DNA of 63,828 nucleotides, the filler included, from Cercozoa sp. M6MM (Eukaryota; Protista; Endomyxa: Ascetosporea): the NCBI GenBank assembly GCA_040357565.1. It is 12 parts of 12 records of this genome, joined end to end, with 100 filler letters (N's around TTAATTAATTAA, not from the genome) between each part and the next. Parts side by side here need not be neighbours in the genome. Positions count along the whole stretch, not along the records: positions 1 to 6,586 come from JBDODJ010000714.1; positions 6,687 to 10,334 come from JBDODJ010001372.1; positions 10,435 to 13,976 come from JBDODJ010001412.1; 9 more parts are not named here. One strand, given 5' to 3'. Positions 1-13,024 of the stretch are shown here, piece by piece. A program made the translations under genes and the position numbers. The stretch's first letter is position 1; each line of letters begins with the position of its first letter. Under the pieces are notes generated by a model, which saw nothing but the letters and a program-made list of their open reading frames with translations, ran no database searches and was not told where the DNA came from.

Positions 1-4
1 ACAG

Positions 5-315
5 GGCCGCCAGATTACCATCACGCCGAAGCGAACGAATTACTCGTCCGGCCGAGGCAGAGGACGCGGCAGAGGACGCGGACGCGGACGTGGCCGAGGC
101 CGCGGCAGGGGTGGCTACAACCCTCGAGGACGCGGTGGCTACCGTGGTCGCGGTCGAGGTGGCTACGGAGGCTACTCATCCTACGGTACGCGCGGACGGG
201 GTGGTCGAGGTATCCTTCGTTTTTTTTTGCGTGTGTTCCTGCCTGCTTCGGTACAACAATGGTTGTGATAGGTGGCTTCGCTGCACGACAAGCCACGCAG
301 GCGGCGCCGCAGTAG
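5..315 (+). CDS. PABPN1: Nuclear poly(A)-binding protein (PABPN1/Pab2) 3' end: end of RRM plus RGG tail; 5' truncated
   Basis: After acceptor acag| the frame reads GRQITITPKRTNYSSGRGRGRG..., matching the PABPN1 RRM-terminal motif GRQIKVxPKRTN. GT-AG intron 210-271; TAG at 313-315. Confidence 0.75.
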
Positions 316-865
316 TCTCGAGCTACCTCGCCTCCGACCGGCCGCGGACTGACTTTAGATCTCGTCTGTCCGTTCGTACGGTATCGCACTCACTACGCGT
401 CGTACAAACACAGGCTTAATAACGCAGCGGATTTAGCTTCATTTGGCAATCTTAGCCGCTTTAGTTGTGCTCAGCATATTTTTACATATTAGAAAACAAT
501 ACACCAGGCAGTATAGTGGCGCTAAGCCACTGTAGGCCAAAAACAGGAAAACCGATCGCAGCATTTGTTTTTGGGGTCCTCCTCACTGCACGTGCACACC
601 CCACACCCACACTCCGCCTCCATGGCCTAATGGGGATTCGAATTAAATACGGATATTCGTCTTTTTATTGCCCGACGGCGGTCAGGGAGATGGCGTGCAG
701 AATGCAAATTTATGGGACTGTCTCGTCCGCGCGGAAACATGAGGCAACAACACAAAATACTTGCGAGCAAAGCACGCAGCCAGAAAGAAGAAAATTATAG
801 TACCTATCAGTACTGTTTAGATACTTTCGACCTTTAGGTGTACAGAATTTAGTGCCGAAAATACC

Positions 866-2348
866 ATGAGTGCGCCTAAATCCGCTCATTTGCAGCAGAG
901 GTCGACTTGACTGCCTTTTTTGTGAGCTGGGCGAAAATGACCATCACGAAAAAAGCGCGCTCATGAGGCGCGCTCCCAGACTGCACGGATCGGTGCCAGA
1001 CTATATCCTGTGCACATATGCACTGTATTTAGCACATTACCGTATCTCTAAACTCATTTAGAGACCAGGAGGCGTCTCAAAATCCGCAGCCTTTTTCCAT
1101 CAGCTCGCGAGCCCCAAGCCGCCAAAAACACAGCGTGCGCCGTGTTAGATTGTGCACACACGTTGATAGGCTTGTTTACAAAGTGTTTAGACCACTAGGT
1201 ACACTGAGACACCATGGGGTCAGAGATATGCATGATGAGACGCGTTTCTTGTGTTTTCTCGGTTTTTCTGACTGTGACCATGACCCATGGCCAGCGCTTG
1301 GTTTCGGGTGTCGAAGCGATTTATTTCGTGCCTCTAAGGAGCACAAAGGCGGAATTTCATTATGTGTTCGTTGCTGTGCAGCTGAGCAAACGCAAGTTTT
1401 AGGAAAAGCGGTACCCCCTGGTCTTTGCCTTTCCAGCTTCAATTGTTCATGCAGGAGAGTATGATTTACACTACTTGGGCAGATATGAGTCAAGAGATTC
1501 CATTTGAGGTACTGCATACTGGAGGAGTAGTTGATCATGCGAGACTGTTTCACAGGACGCAGAGATACTGGCCGAGTTGGCCAATGATGCATGTGGTATT
1601 CTGTCTCTCCTGGAAGAAATCACTTTCGTTGACTTAAAGATGTTCACGTAATACTGTAGCAACCGCTGTCCAAGAGCAGCGCGAGTCGGAAGCATTGATT
1701 ACTGCCATCTCTGCAGTGCGCCGTTTTCACGCATCCGTGATCGAGCGCACCCAACCAGTCACTGGTACAGTATCTCTCTTGATCAGTTGTCTTCATCGTT
1801 TTACTTTGTCGTCTCAGGTCAACGCGAGGAAGTTCGACAGTCTGGCATCCAGCAGATGCAACGACTGCTGCTAGAACTGTCGGTATCTTTTTTAGTGTCC
1901 AATTCAACTTTAATTATGTGTGTGAGTGTGTGAATAATGTGCTTGCAGAAACCGCCGTGTCCAGTCGACGAAGAAGCAAAGGCGCCGGAGGCGCCGAATA
2001 CGCCGCCTACTGACATCCCATCCAGCGGCGTCAGCACACATTCACTTCTTTCGACAGAGGTAACTTCTTGTCTTTCCTGCCTCTGATTTTCTTTAAGTTT
2101 ACATCATACGCTTTGTGTCGTGTCAATAGAGTGAAGATTCATTTATGGACGACGATTTCGAAGAAGAAAGTCAAGCTGAACAGCCAAGCGTCCAAGACGA
2201 GAGCTTTGAAAATGAAAGCTGTAAAGACAAGACGGTTGCAAGAGTTATCGACACTGCCACTACCGTGACCACGACTCTGCTGGTGCTTGCGATGATGGTC
2301 TCGCTTCGCACATTTCAGTCGGCTCTCGCGGCAGTGACACGTTTCTAA
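866..2348 (+). CDS. Hypothetical multi-exon protein with acidic region and hydrophobic C-terminus; 5' exons uncertain
   Basis: In-phase GT-AG exon chain ESMIYTTWADMSQEIPFE|DAEILAEL..|..GIQQMQRLLLELS|KPPCPVDEE..|SEDSFMDDDFEEE..TTLLVLAMMVSLRTFQSALAAVTRF*. No family recognised. Confidence 0.4.
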
Positions 2349-3456
2349 AGTTTAAGTCGCTTTCAATCCAGGTATCGGTAGTTTCTGATGCAAGACACTT
2401 TCCTTTGTATGCAACTTTGTTCGGCAGAAGATTGAGAGAGGAGTTTTGCGCGCATGCACCATGTATCGATGCGCTACAGTTTTGGTGAGATCAACATTGA
2501 CCGGACCACGACCTAATCGATCAGACTGCAGAAATCTGAAAGGAACTTATCGTACTGTACCCGCGCCTGTACAATTCATTGTAATGTACAACTGAATTCA
2601 GTTAGTACCACTGCGCTAGTCCAACATCTTTAATAAACACTCGACTGTGACAGTACTAGTATGTCATATGCGAGGGGGGGGGGACTCTTGGCGACGTTAA
2701 ATGATCGTTATCGACTGCATACTGTAGCCTGAGTGAGACCTTAAGCCACCCGGAGTCCGCGCTGACAAACGTGCGACTTCAAAATGGTCCGATTTTGACT
2801 GTACTGTAGCTTTCCTCAACTTGCTACAAGCTTAAGACGGACTGCTTTGTTAGCCAAAAGCGGAAGTATAGTGACTGAGGGTTACAGTAGTGTCGGAGTC
2901 GTTACAGTTCGGGCAACATTTACAGCTTGACTGCCGACATCAGGAAGCCCGCAAACTCATGCGAAGTGGCAAATTTGCTGAATTGACCACGCGGCCCACC
3001 CCAAACGACAGCCGCTCCGGCGCCGCCTCAGCTTTCAGGCATTCAGTGACGGACGAGGCTCACTCTAAATTACCCAGCCCCAGATTATACGACACGCAAC
3101 TATAGACTGTCTAGAACTAGCGCAGTGCGAGTGTACAATTTAAATGGAAATGGACAGTGAGTTGGAAGCAACGAAGCACCGGCACTCTCGTGCAGTGGTA
3201 CTTTAGGTAGTGGCTCTCTTTTTCCTGCAATATTAGTCGGCCGCGTTAGTCACTTGACGGGAGGTAGGTCTCGTTTTTCTCCCTAGCAGTTTATATCGGT
3301 TTCCTTACTAGTGCAGCATTGTATGCTACTGTACGTGTTGGAGATGGTAGCGCGTGTCGCACACGTAGTCCCAGAGGCCCCAGTACAACCTAAAGTCAAT
3401 TTAACAGTTACTGTGCTCGGGTACAGCAACGCTAACTGCAGAAATACAACTACCCG

Positions 3457-6023
3457 TAGTTGTAGGCCATGAGTCGTCCCTTGCCTTTGACATGATGTGC
3501 GTAATGATGGTTGAGGTCCCAGCGACGTCCGTCGTGCGCTGCAATCGCGTACACTGACGTACAGAAGCTACCACAACACATGTTGCTGTCCTGTTTTACA
3601 TCTTCACGCTGTGGTAACTTACAACGTTACCCCAACAGTGCCAACATGACAGGGTGGAAAGGACACAACACTGCCGATAGAAAGTGCCCAACGGCGCCTT
3701 GCAACCAGCCCTCAAACGCTGCGAACAAGCAGTTCATGTTCTGTTATCCACAATAAAGCACTCTCGATACGGTGAACAGCATCCTGACAGAATGCAGTCG
3801 GGAAACGGAAGCCGTCTGCAGTTGAATATGCATGAGGTCATCTAATACACAGCTGAAAGGTTGGAGTTCAGTTACGGTGCACTGTGTGAATCTTGTTCCA
3901 CGCCCACTCTACATTTGTACCCAGTTAATTATCACAAGCATTAGTGCTGAGCAGTTCAATGTGTTACCACTCTCGTGCAGCCATCGGTGTGTCCACTGAC
4001 AGGTTAAGGAAAGTATCAGCTACTATTCAGTTTGAAAAGTCAATGTTACGTAGAACCAAGCGTCAAAGGTGAGCAGGTACACGCACGTGCCCAAGAGAAG
4101 CCACTGTGGTGTCAAGGAGTATCCCTTGCCTCCCTAAAAAGTACAACTTACTCTAAGTTTACCTCTCGGAGGTGGATCAGTCTAAGGTACCTGTGCCACC
4201 GAAGTGAACCATCGTGCTGTCCATAGGGAGTCTTCGATCAGGTACATCCAGAGCACTGTGCATCTTAACAGATAATCACCTCCGCCATAAAGTGGCGGAG
4301 AAAGAAACGAAGAACCTCCATGAGCTGCATTCACCAGCATAATCACGTAGCCCAAACGCAACTCTTTGCGAATTTGTTTTGCACGTGAGATCACTCTCTG
4401 CCTGTGGATTGGAATAAAATATAGAGGGATCAGTCACCGAGTGCAAGTACCATTCCTTGCCGTCCGTATCGTCGTCGTAGCGATCCAATCGCAATGCTCC
4501 TCGCGGGTGCGTGTATTCCAACAGATAGGCAGTGCCTGCTTGTGTTGATTCAGGCAGAATACAATATTAATTTATTGTGAGACAAAACAAATTTACTGCT
4601 TGGGCACTGTACCAATGTATTTCAAAGTGTATGCACATGTGGCAGCCACAGTAGCAATCACCGCGTCCACCCACGATGTCAGTTTCAGCAGCGATACCTG
4701 CTTTTAGCAAAACCAGGGGAAACCTAAACTGTCAAGGCGGGTCATTGTTCAGCAGCACAACAAACTCACACTTAGGTCGTTGCTAGGCGAAATGAAAGGC
4801 AACGAGGACGCCAAAAGGGCGATCTAAACGCCACAGAAATGTCATGTCACTGACTCATGCGACTCAGTGCAACATACATTCATTTACAGTTTCCAGTTTT
4901 ACCAAAACCACCGCAACGAAAAGGATGTTGCGCCTTGTTGCCGCAATTTCTTCGGCTGCCAGCTGCTTGTTCATCTGTCCCTTTCACTGCAAGATCTGAT
5001 ATCTGGATAGCCTCTTTTCGGTACATTGGCCCGAAGACTTGCCAGAGGATAACTTTGTTTTGTTGCGGGGGACTTTGCCGTTGGTTTGTTAGATGCGCAG
5101 GTCTTCGGAGTCACGTCACTATCATGCAAATACCGGGGGAGATACGCCAGCAAGACTAAAAACTAACGCGACTAAATTTCAGTTTAAGTGAAGCGATGCA
5201 CAGCAGAGGCCGACGCTGATTTCATTGCGAGTTTCACGGAAATATTGCAGGTGGGAAGTGGGTGCTTTCATGCTGCGGTCCTGGATTTCTTCTGCTTGCG
5301 CGTGACGATAAAGTAGCACCCACAAATGGCAGCGCTCGCGACTGTTCATACAATAGCAACAAAAGTTTACTGTAGAGCATGGCATGTGGCTGACGAAGCT
5401 TAAGCCGATGAAAGTTACCTCCAACAAGTAGTGCGGTTCGAATCAGCTGCTGCTGCCTTGTCGGAGCATCATCAGTTCGCTTTGTGGGTTCCGGCTCGCC
5501 TTCAACGGCCACTTCACTTTCAGCAGCGGCCTTGTTCTCGGTTATCCCTTCTTCGACCACTTCGCTTTCGCTGGTAATGTTTGGGGGTGCTAGTGTTTCC
5601 TTGGAAGACCCGGGATCAATGGGTGCCTTCTGAAAAGAGCACAACGGCGAGTCAAAAGAGAGCGCAGACTAGCTTTAAACAATGACGATTTGCTTCTACC
5701 TCTAAAGACTTCTCGGGCGAAGTAAAGTCATCAACGTCGGCAACAACAGCGAACGTGCGCTCTCGGATTGCGTGCTCAATATTCTCATCGTCAATCATGG
5801 CCTGGACCGCCGAATCGTCTCGAGAGTTCTGCGGAGTCTGAGTTTCGTCGTGCGAGGTGGATCGCGACCGCGAGAATCGCTGTTTGAGTCGTTTGAGTGG
5901 ACTTGCTTTTCCTGCAGAGGTGCTGTTCTCGTGGTTTTCAGTTGTGGCTCCATCATCGATATCACATTCCTCTTGCTTGCGAGGCGATCTGGAGAGAAAG
6001 TCGCGCAGACGACGACGGGTCAT
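3457..6023 (-). CDS. Hypothetical multi-exon membrane protein with disordered N-terminus; 3' boundary approximate
   Basis: ORFs 5652-6023 and 5234-5644 are low-complexity and charged. They are followed by short exons with hydrophobic segments (RRNILFVAVVL; WVDAVIATVAATCAY; LGYVIMLVNAAH) bounded by GT-AG. Confidence 0.35.
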
Positions 6024-6586
6024 TCGAATGTTTGCTGAGACGAAGGCTTCTGTCGCTTCGCTGCCCGTTCAGACGTCGAGAAGATGAAAGTTATGAAAAG
6101 TTATCCAGCGCAGCAGAATCCGAAGGTACGTTCGCAGTTTGATCACTTGCCTCGAGAACCGGTTTTGAGTAATTTACTCATATTACTCTGCCCTTTTTTA
6201 GCACTAAACGCACTCTAACCTACCGAAACGGTGCCCACAGTTAATTACCCACAGGATGCACGCCTTGAAATTCTCTAAGCATTCGTGCACTTCGAAAATG
6301 AAAAATTACCGGCCCGATATAATTTTTGGGCTGGAGTAATGTCAGTAATGTGAGTAACTGGCTTGAATTACTCGGCGATCCCGAGACTCCAGTTAACCAG
6401 AATATGACATTGAAAAGCTCGTTTAACTCAATGTAGGGGTTCTCTCAACCTGAAAAAAACTGCGTGCACACTACTGCACTTAGTAGGGTACCTGAAAAAC
6501 TCTCTTCACTCGGATTTGGTTGTTTCGCTGGTAGCTGTGAAAAAAATAAAGATCTCGAACGTTGCTGTCTGCACTGACTTTACATA

Positions 6587-6686
6587 NNNNNNNNNNNNNN
6601 NNNNNNNNNNNNNNNNNNNNNNNNNNNNNNTTAATTAATTAANNNNNNNNNNNNNNNNNNNNNNNNNNNNNNNNNNNNNNNNNNNN
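6587..6686. other. Artificial contig-joining spacer N44-TTAATTAATTAA-N44 (also at 10335, 13977, 16906, 19405, 31129, 33459, 36586, 48187, 59125, 62416)
   Basis: Identical 100-nt element 11 times. The core has stop codons in all six frames, and genes are truncated at these points. Confidence 0.97.
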
Positions 6687-6734
<48 letters not shown>

Positions 6735-6736
6735 CT

Positions 6737-8065
6737 AGTTTTTGCTTCAGATCTTCCCAAATCGGCTGTTGCTGATGTGCCTAAGATCGACCAATTTGGT
6801 CTGCTTTTTGGCTTTATATCGGCCGACTTGGCTGCATACATGCCATTACGCACGACATTTCGTCTCCTGCGAAAGGCCAGTCGACCAGAAGAAACTTTTT
6901 CGGACTTGAGGGTGCCTCTCCTCTTGCCTTGTACTGCGTCGGTCAGTTGACACGTTTTTGTTACGCCTGCAGAAACTGGAGACACACGTGCACATCTTTC
7001 AGGTGCAATTGCGGCGACTGCATCCACTCTTGGCACTTGCCAGTTTGAGGATCGCATTGTGCCACACGCACACAGCGGTGCTACTGTCGACTACATGCTG
7101 GGCTGCCTGCATTTTGCAGAGTGACAACAGAGCTGCTGCATTCTTGGCGCTGCGAACGGTACTAAATATCTTCTTCGCGAATGTTGTGAATTTTTGCCCG
7201 CTTTTAGGCTTCGATAAAGCTTCGAACAGTTCTGCAGCGACTGATTTTGCAGTGGCGTGGGCGACTGAAGAGACAGCGTGCAGCACAGAGTACGGACACT
7301 GATAGTAGCGACAGTGACGGTGACAGCAGTGACAGTGACGGTGACAGCAGTGACAGTGACGGTGACAGCAGTGACAGTGACGGTGACAGCAGTGACAGTG
7401 ACGGTGACAGCAGTGACAGTGACGGTGACAGCAGTGACAGTGCTAGCAGTGACAACAGTGACACTGACAGCAGTGACAGCAGTGACAGCAGTGACAGCAG
7501 TGACAGCAGTGNNNNNNNNNNTGACAGCAGTGACAGCAGTGACAGCAGTGACAGCAGTGACAGCAGTGACACCGACAGCGAGAGTAGTGACACTGACAGT
7601 AGCGGCAGCGATAATAGCCACAGCGACAGCCATAATAGCGACAGCGACAGTGATAACAGCCACAGCGACAGCGATAACAGCCACAGCGACAGCGGTGACA
7701 CTGGCAGTGCCGACGCCAATGCCAATAAATTGGCTAGGCCTGACAGTTCATGCCCCGTGTGTCTCGAAGAGGAATTCGACGACCCCGTCACTCTTATTGC
7801 CTGCTCGCATGTATATATCTTTTTGACAGTCCCTTGCATGTTAATACGGTTAGGTTTAGTTTGGTTGAATATAGATTTAAAATACATGTATACACCTTGA
7901 TATGACAATGCGCAGGTTTTCTGTCGCGACTGCATCTTGGACTGGGCATCGCGAAGGCGAACGCAGGCGCAGTGCCCCCTCTGCAACACACCGTTGTCCG
8001 AAGGAGCAATTGACGCCAACCGAGAACAGATTTCGTTTCGTTTTGAGTGTGACGATTCACGTTAA
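6737..8065 (+). CDS. RING-HC (C3HC4) finger protein with long Ser/Asp-rich tract; 5' truncated
   Basis: Spliced C-terminus CPVCLEEEFDDPVTLIACSH|VFCRDCILDWASRRRTQAQCPLCNTPL has C3HC4 spacing. It is preceded by (DSDGDSS)n/(DSS)n; TAA at 8063-8065. Confidence 0.8.
7300..7700 (+). repeat. Coding tandem repeat: 21-nt GACAGTGACGGTGACAGCAGT and 9-nt GACAGCAGT units encoding Ser/Asp
   Basis: Directly visible; contains a 10-N gap at 7512-7521. Confidence 0.9.
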
Positions 8066-8203
8066 CAAAGTTGACAAAGTGCAGCCCGTTTTGCAAGGTG
8101 TCCGAGGACACCGGGTCTTCATCTTTTTCGAGACTATCGTATAACCGTGACCAAATGATGATACAATGAACCAGAGAGGAAACATGTACTTGTCGTGTGC
8201 GAT

Positions 8204-10280
8204 TCAATGGATAGGCCTCGACCGGCTTTGCTTTTTCCGAGTCGGCTGTTTAAGTGCGAGAACAGGCGCTCCAGTAAATTGTACTGTAACCAAAAGCCAC
8301 TCAAACTGCTGTTGGAATAAATTTAGTCGGTTCGTTGGTGGTATCCATCGGGTGGATTTTCTTGCGATCACATGCCGCAGAGGCAGCGAATGGGCGCGGG
8401 CGCCTTGCCCAGGAGCACGTAAACCAGGACGCTCGTCACCAGTGTCCACGGGACCGCCAGCAGCAGCGACTGGAGTGTTGATTAGATTCCATAAATGTAC
8501 AATCGTGCTGATGGGGGAGGGTACAGGAGCCCAGTGCATTTTCAGTGGCCGGATCAGGGCGACCTGTTGTGTCGGGAGAACCAAAAAGTAATTCAGAGTG
8601 CGGCTTTGGTGAGCAGTGTGTACAATTAGAGCGTTGGTGAGTGGCCAGTGGAACAAGTAGGCTGTGTTGGGTGCAAGTCTGTACCTTCCTGGACATCGCA
8701 GGCAGGGATAGAAGAGGTGTACCAATCATGGCTATGCGAACTGCATGTCGGTAGAGCCACGGCCACAGGGTCTGTTCCAAGTAGGCTTCGCTGTAATGCA
8801 CAATCAGGTCGATCCAGATCCAGGTTCCGAGGACGTACTAAACCAAGCCACTGCCATGTAACAATGCGGGTAGAACTGCCAGTGAGAATACGATGAGACG
8901 CATGGCCGGCTGCAGGTACAGAGGATACGCGAACATGTACCCGACGTTTTCGTTGGTGCCAGGCATCGTGAGTGCCAGACCTGCTATCCACTGCAACGAC
9001 AGTTGTAGCACTCTGCAAACATGGGGGTGGGGTATCGTACCAGGAAGGGCAGCAAGGGTCGCCATCTTTGCCTCGAGAAATCGCGTCGCTGTGCCTGCAT
9101 CTCGGCGCTTATCTGAAAAACCGGATAGAAGGAAGTGTCGAACACGTTCAGTTTTCTTTGGAGATAAACTGTGATACAGTCTGATCGATGAAGCCTCTCA
9201 CGAAGAACAAGTTGTGGAAACTAACCCATTGGCAGTAGTTTTTTTTTTAACCAAGGGACGGGGAGGGGATAGAGTAACAGACTCACAGCATCATGCCTGC
9301 TTGCTCTCGCATGCGCGCAGCACTCCCAAGTCGCTGCAGTGGCGCCATCAGCAGCGTTGTCACCACTGCGCATCTCGACACCCTTTACCCGCCCCCTCCC
9401 AATCAGTTCCATCTTGGTAGGGCACAGGACTGTATTGTACCGATGGGAGCCTGCAGATTGAGGTACAAAAGTAGCCAGCGCAGCTTGCTTTTGCGGAGTG
9501 CGTTGATGCACTTGATTCCGAGGAAGACCCAGACTGTGTTCGACATTGTACCTTAAGTTCAAGGAAAAGAGGCTGTTAAATTGAAATAAAAAAATGTACA
9601 GTAGGGCAGGAAGGTGGCGACAAATGTCCACCACCAAGGCAGTCGAAGTGAGTCCTCCTCCTTGCCGGGAGGAATGAAGTGCAAGCTCTAGAAGTGGTGT
9701 CTTGTTCTGTTTCAAAGGTAGGCTGTGGAAACACTCCGACTCAATACCAGCACGAGGAAGGCGCACGTCAGTGCGAACGGAATCAAGAGCGACAACTCGC
9801 GCTTGCGTGTCATCGGTCCCGCTTCTTCCACCGGAGGCAACTCTCGTGCTGGCACAGATGTGCGTATCAACGCTAGCACAATCGTATTCTCGAACACAAT
9901 TATGTCAGTGTACCGGCGGGCAGGAGTCCGATCTCGCGAAACCTCAGCTGAGCGAGATACGGCATGCTGCCGTGTCTGGGATCTGTGGGTTTCTTGTGCT
10001 TTGGTAGAGATAGATACCCAGCCAGGGCGGGGAACACATTTACCATCCACAGCAGTGACTGGGAAGGGCCAGTCCTCCTGCTCGCTCAGGTACTGGCTCA
10101 GCGAGTGGGCGTACTGCTCACGCAGCCACACCAGAAAGGGCGCATTGATGACAGCGATGCCCAGGAGTGCCGGCAGGAACCACAGCCACTCGAAACCTCC
10201 GCACACGAACACTTCCGTAAAGTATCTGTAGTAGTAAACGAAGAAGTTATCCTCCGTCCTGAGCTATTCACACCCAAGGT
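8204..10280 (-). CDS. Multi-pass membrane protein, acyltransferase-3/OpgC-like; 5' truncated
   Basis: Spliced segments FEWLWFLPALLGIAVINAPF, YVLGTWIWIDLIVHYSEAYL and AYLFHWPLTNALI resemble the (H)LWFL and Y-x-x-HxP motifs of Acyl_transf_3. Many hydrophobic exons. Confidence 0.45.
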
Positions 10281-10434
10281 ACACACACACACACAGACAC
10301 AGACACAGACACAGACACAGACACAGACACACAGNNNNNNNNNNNNNNNNNNNNNNNNNNNNNNNNNNNNNNNNNNNNTTAATTAATTAANNNNNNNNNN
10401 NNNNNNNNNNNNNNNNNNNNNNNNNNNNNNNNNN

Positions 10435-10486
<52 letters not shown>

Positions 10487-10507
10487 ACACACATTTGTCT
10501 CACGTAG

Positions 10508-12014
10508 GTGAAAGCAGGCGAGCTGCGCGAACTAGGCCATTTAAGTACCTCGCTTGAATCATCGGAGCCGTCACTGCTCAAGTTCCATGGTACACTTTTA
10601 TCCCCGAGTTTCTATATCGCGACGTCCCCTATCCCGATCTTCTTCTTTCCCATGCACAACTGCACAGGTGCGTGTCTTGATCATAGGCGACTTGAGTCTC
10701 GTGGGACCAACAAAAGGAAACTGAGCGAGGGCAAGGGTACTGTTTGGAGATTCTGCATCTGGATTATTAGTATTATTATTGTATGATAGGATTTGCCACC
10801 GTCTTCCTTGGTTTGTGGCAGAGTCATAACCTTTTACCTGCCCCATGTATACTGTCTTGACCTCTGTTGTTGGTTGACAAAATTTGAACGTGAATTGCTT
10901 TGATTCCAGTGGAAAACTTCGACAATGAAAGCACTCTTTGGCGAAAATGGCGTCTGCTTAATCGATGTCGCACGTCAGGCACCCTGATTGATGTTCCAGT
11001 GGTTGAAGTGTACCCCGCTGACAACCAAGAGTGGCCACGACGGTATTTGTGGCACCGTCAATGGCCAAGAAACGAGTGGGCTGTCGACCTGGACATCTCT
11101 CGCATCGACGACTTTAGCCAGCCGATGCTGGAGTGCGACCTTGTGGCCATTCCTCGTCCTGGCTACGAGAGGGATTTGGGTGCGCTTGCCATGCGCGCGT
11201 TTGTTTGTCTATGTTGGCACACTTGCTGTAGAGTGGAATGAACCAGACGAAGGTCATGTGACGCTTCGTTTCACCTTTGTCATCGAACAAGATTCCTTTG
11301 CTGAGGAGGAGGCAGAAGAACTTGCCCCTGACAAAGCCGTTGCTCTGATGTCAGGTCCTATTGTACTGCTTTTGTCTCTGTGAATGCACTTGTTGTTTTA
11401 AACCTTGCACCCTCTTGTGCAGTGGAACCTGTCGCATAGTGGAATGCAGCGATTGCATGTGTTCTTGCGCCATGTCGTGCTTCAGCTGCGTCCTACCTTC
11501 TTGCTCCTCTACATTTTTCGTATCCTTCTTCTAGTTTCTCGTGGTTAGAAGCACGCAAAGATTGGTTGCCTTGTAGATGAGGACTTTCAAGCTGTGAAAG
11601 ACACTGTTGTCCGAATGGACACGAAGGAAACGCGTGTTCACATCTTCTCGTGGCACATTGGCGATGACAGTGTGATGCACGGACAGTGCGTTTTCTACCG
11701 TAATAACTCCACCCTGCTCTTCTTCATCTTCATGCGTACAGGTGGACAGCACAGCAGCACGCAATACGACAAATCGCACATCTGGTGGAGTGGTTCTCCA
11801 TGCTGGATGCGGACGAACTGTTGTTAATCTTTCAAAGCGACGAAAGCGACATGAACTTGAGTTCGCTCCTGTCGAACGTTGACTCGGAGACTGTGCTCTG
11901 GCAGTCCGTGGCACAGATGGCGCCTAACGACACCGAAGCGGTAATGTGCTCGACTGCACTCATGGACCGCCGGATTGCACAGGTATGTGGTGCCCGCTAC
12001 CGAACAAGATACCC

Positions 12015-12045
<31 letters not shown>

Positions 12046-12203
12046 GTATGTATATAAACATATGAGTGTCGTAGTGGAAGTTCCTGCCGCAGTCCTCGCC
12101 TGTACCGCCACAAGTTCGGCCACTGTCCCCTGTCAGCGTCGATGCGTACCTTGTGCATCCACTCTGTGTCTACTTTTTAGCAAGTGTGTGTGTGTTGTGT
12201 GTG

Positions 12204-12236
<33 letters not shown>

Positions 12237-12836
12237 GTGTGTGTTGTGTGTGTTGTGTGTGGTGTGTGTGTGTGTGTGTTGTGTGTGTGTGTGTTGTGTG
12301 TGTGTGTGTGTGTGTGTATGTGTGTGTGTGTGTGTGCTGCATCAAACAGAGCGATCTGTGGCGGTGCCGAGTTTGAGCTGCTCGACTTCAAGGACAACGC
12401 GCTGTGCGTTAACAGCGACCCAGGCTGCGGCGGCGAGATTGACGAGGTGTCTGCCTGCACCGACGAGACTCGAGCAAATTCGCTCGTGCTCACAGTTGAC
12501 AGCGCAGAGGAGCTAGCAAGTGACGTGGGTTCCGACTGGGTTGTAACTCTCAAAAGTGATAGCAGATACCTGTGCATGAAGCAAGATGGCTGGTTTGGCA
12601 ACGCTCTCGTCGGCCTGTGCTCCCACGCTCGACACAAATTTGTTCTACGTGTGCTGTCGCATGACTACGTTGCTCTTCAGAGTTACCACAACGGAAACTC
12701 GTGGTGTAGCCTGCATTCAAACGATCGCTTGCGGTGCGCTGCTTTCTTTTCCGGTACCTTTGCGCGCATCGGCTGGGACGAATGGTTCAAACTTCGCTCA
12801 CGACGCCGCGAACCTGATCGCAGTTTGGTATCTTGA
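10508..12836 (+). CDS. GT92/DUF23-like glycosyltransferase with C-terminal fascin-like beta-trefoil; 5' truncated
   Basis: Spliced MSGPI|WNLSHSGMQRLHVFLRHVVLQLRPTFLLLYIF and MHGQWTAQQHAIRQIAHLVEWFSMLDADELL (GQ motif plus DxDE). Splices in frame into ...VALQSYHNGNSWCSL...IGWDEWFKL. Confidence 0.55.
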
Positions 12837-13024
12837 GTTGCACAACAAGGGATGATCTCTGTTCACAGCTCCTGTAGAACGCCGAGTGCAGTAGACGAGT
12901 TCAAGCAGCATCACTCAGAACACCTCTTGTGGACATTTTTCAAGGCAGCAACTCTCGTAATTGTGGTTTTCAGAGACTAGTTGTCCATGGTTTTAGTCGA
13001 GTATTTTCATGCGCTGTAGCTCTA

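Noticed and set aside
6587-6686. TTAATTAATTAA flanked by Ns as a biological repeat or recombination site
   Set aside because: Fixed 100-nt length and six-frame stops identify it as an assembly spacer.
12133-12345. His/Thr-, Cys/Val- and Pro-rich ORFs in the ORF track
   Set aside because: They are translations of intronic microsatellites (CA, TACA, C-rich) or antisense frames of real exons.
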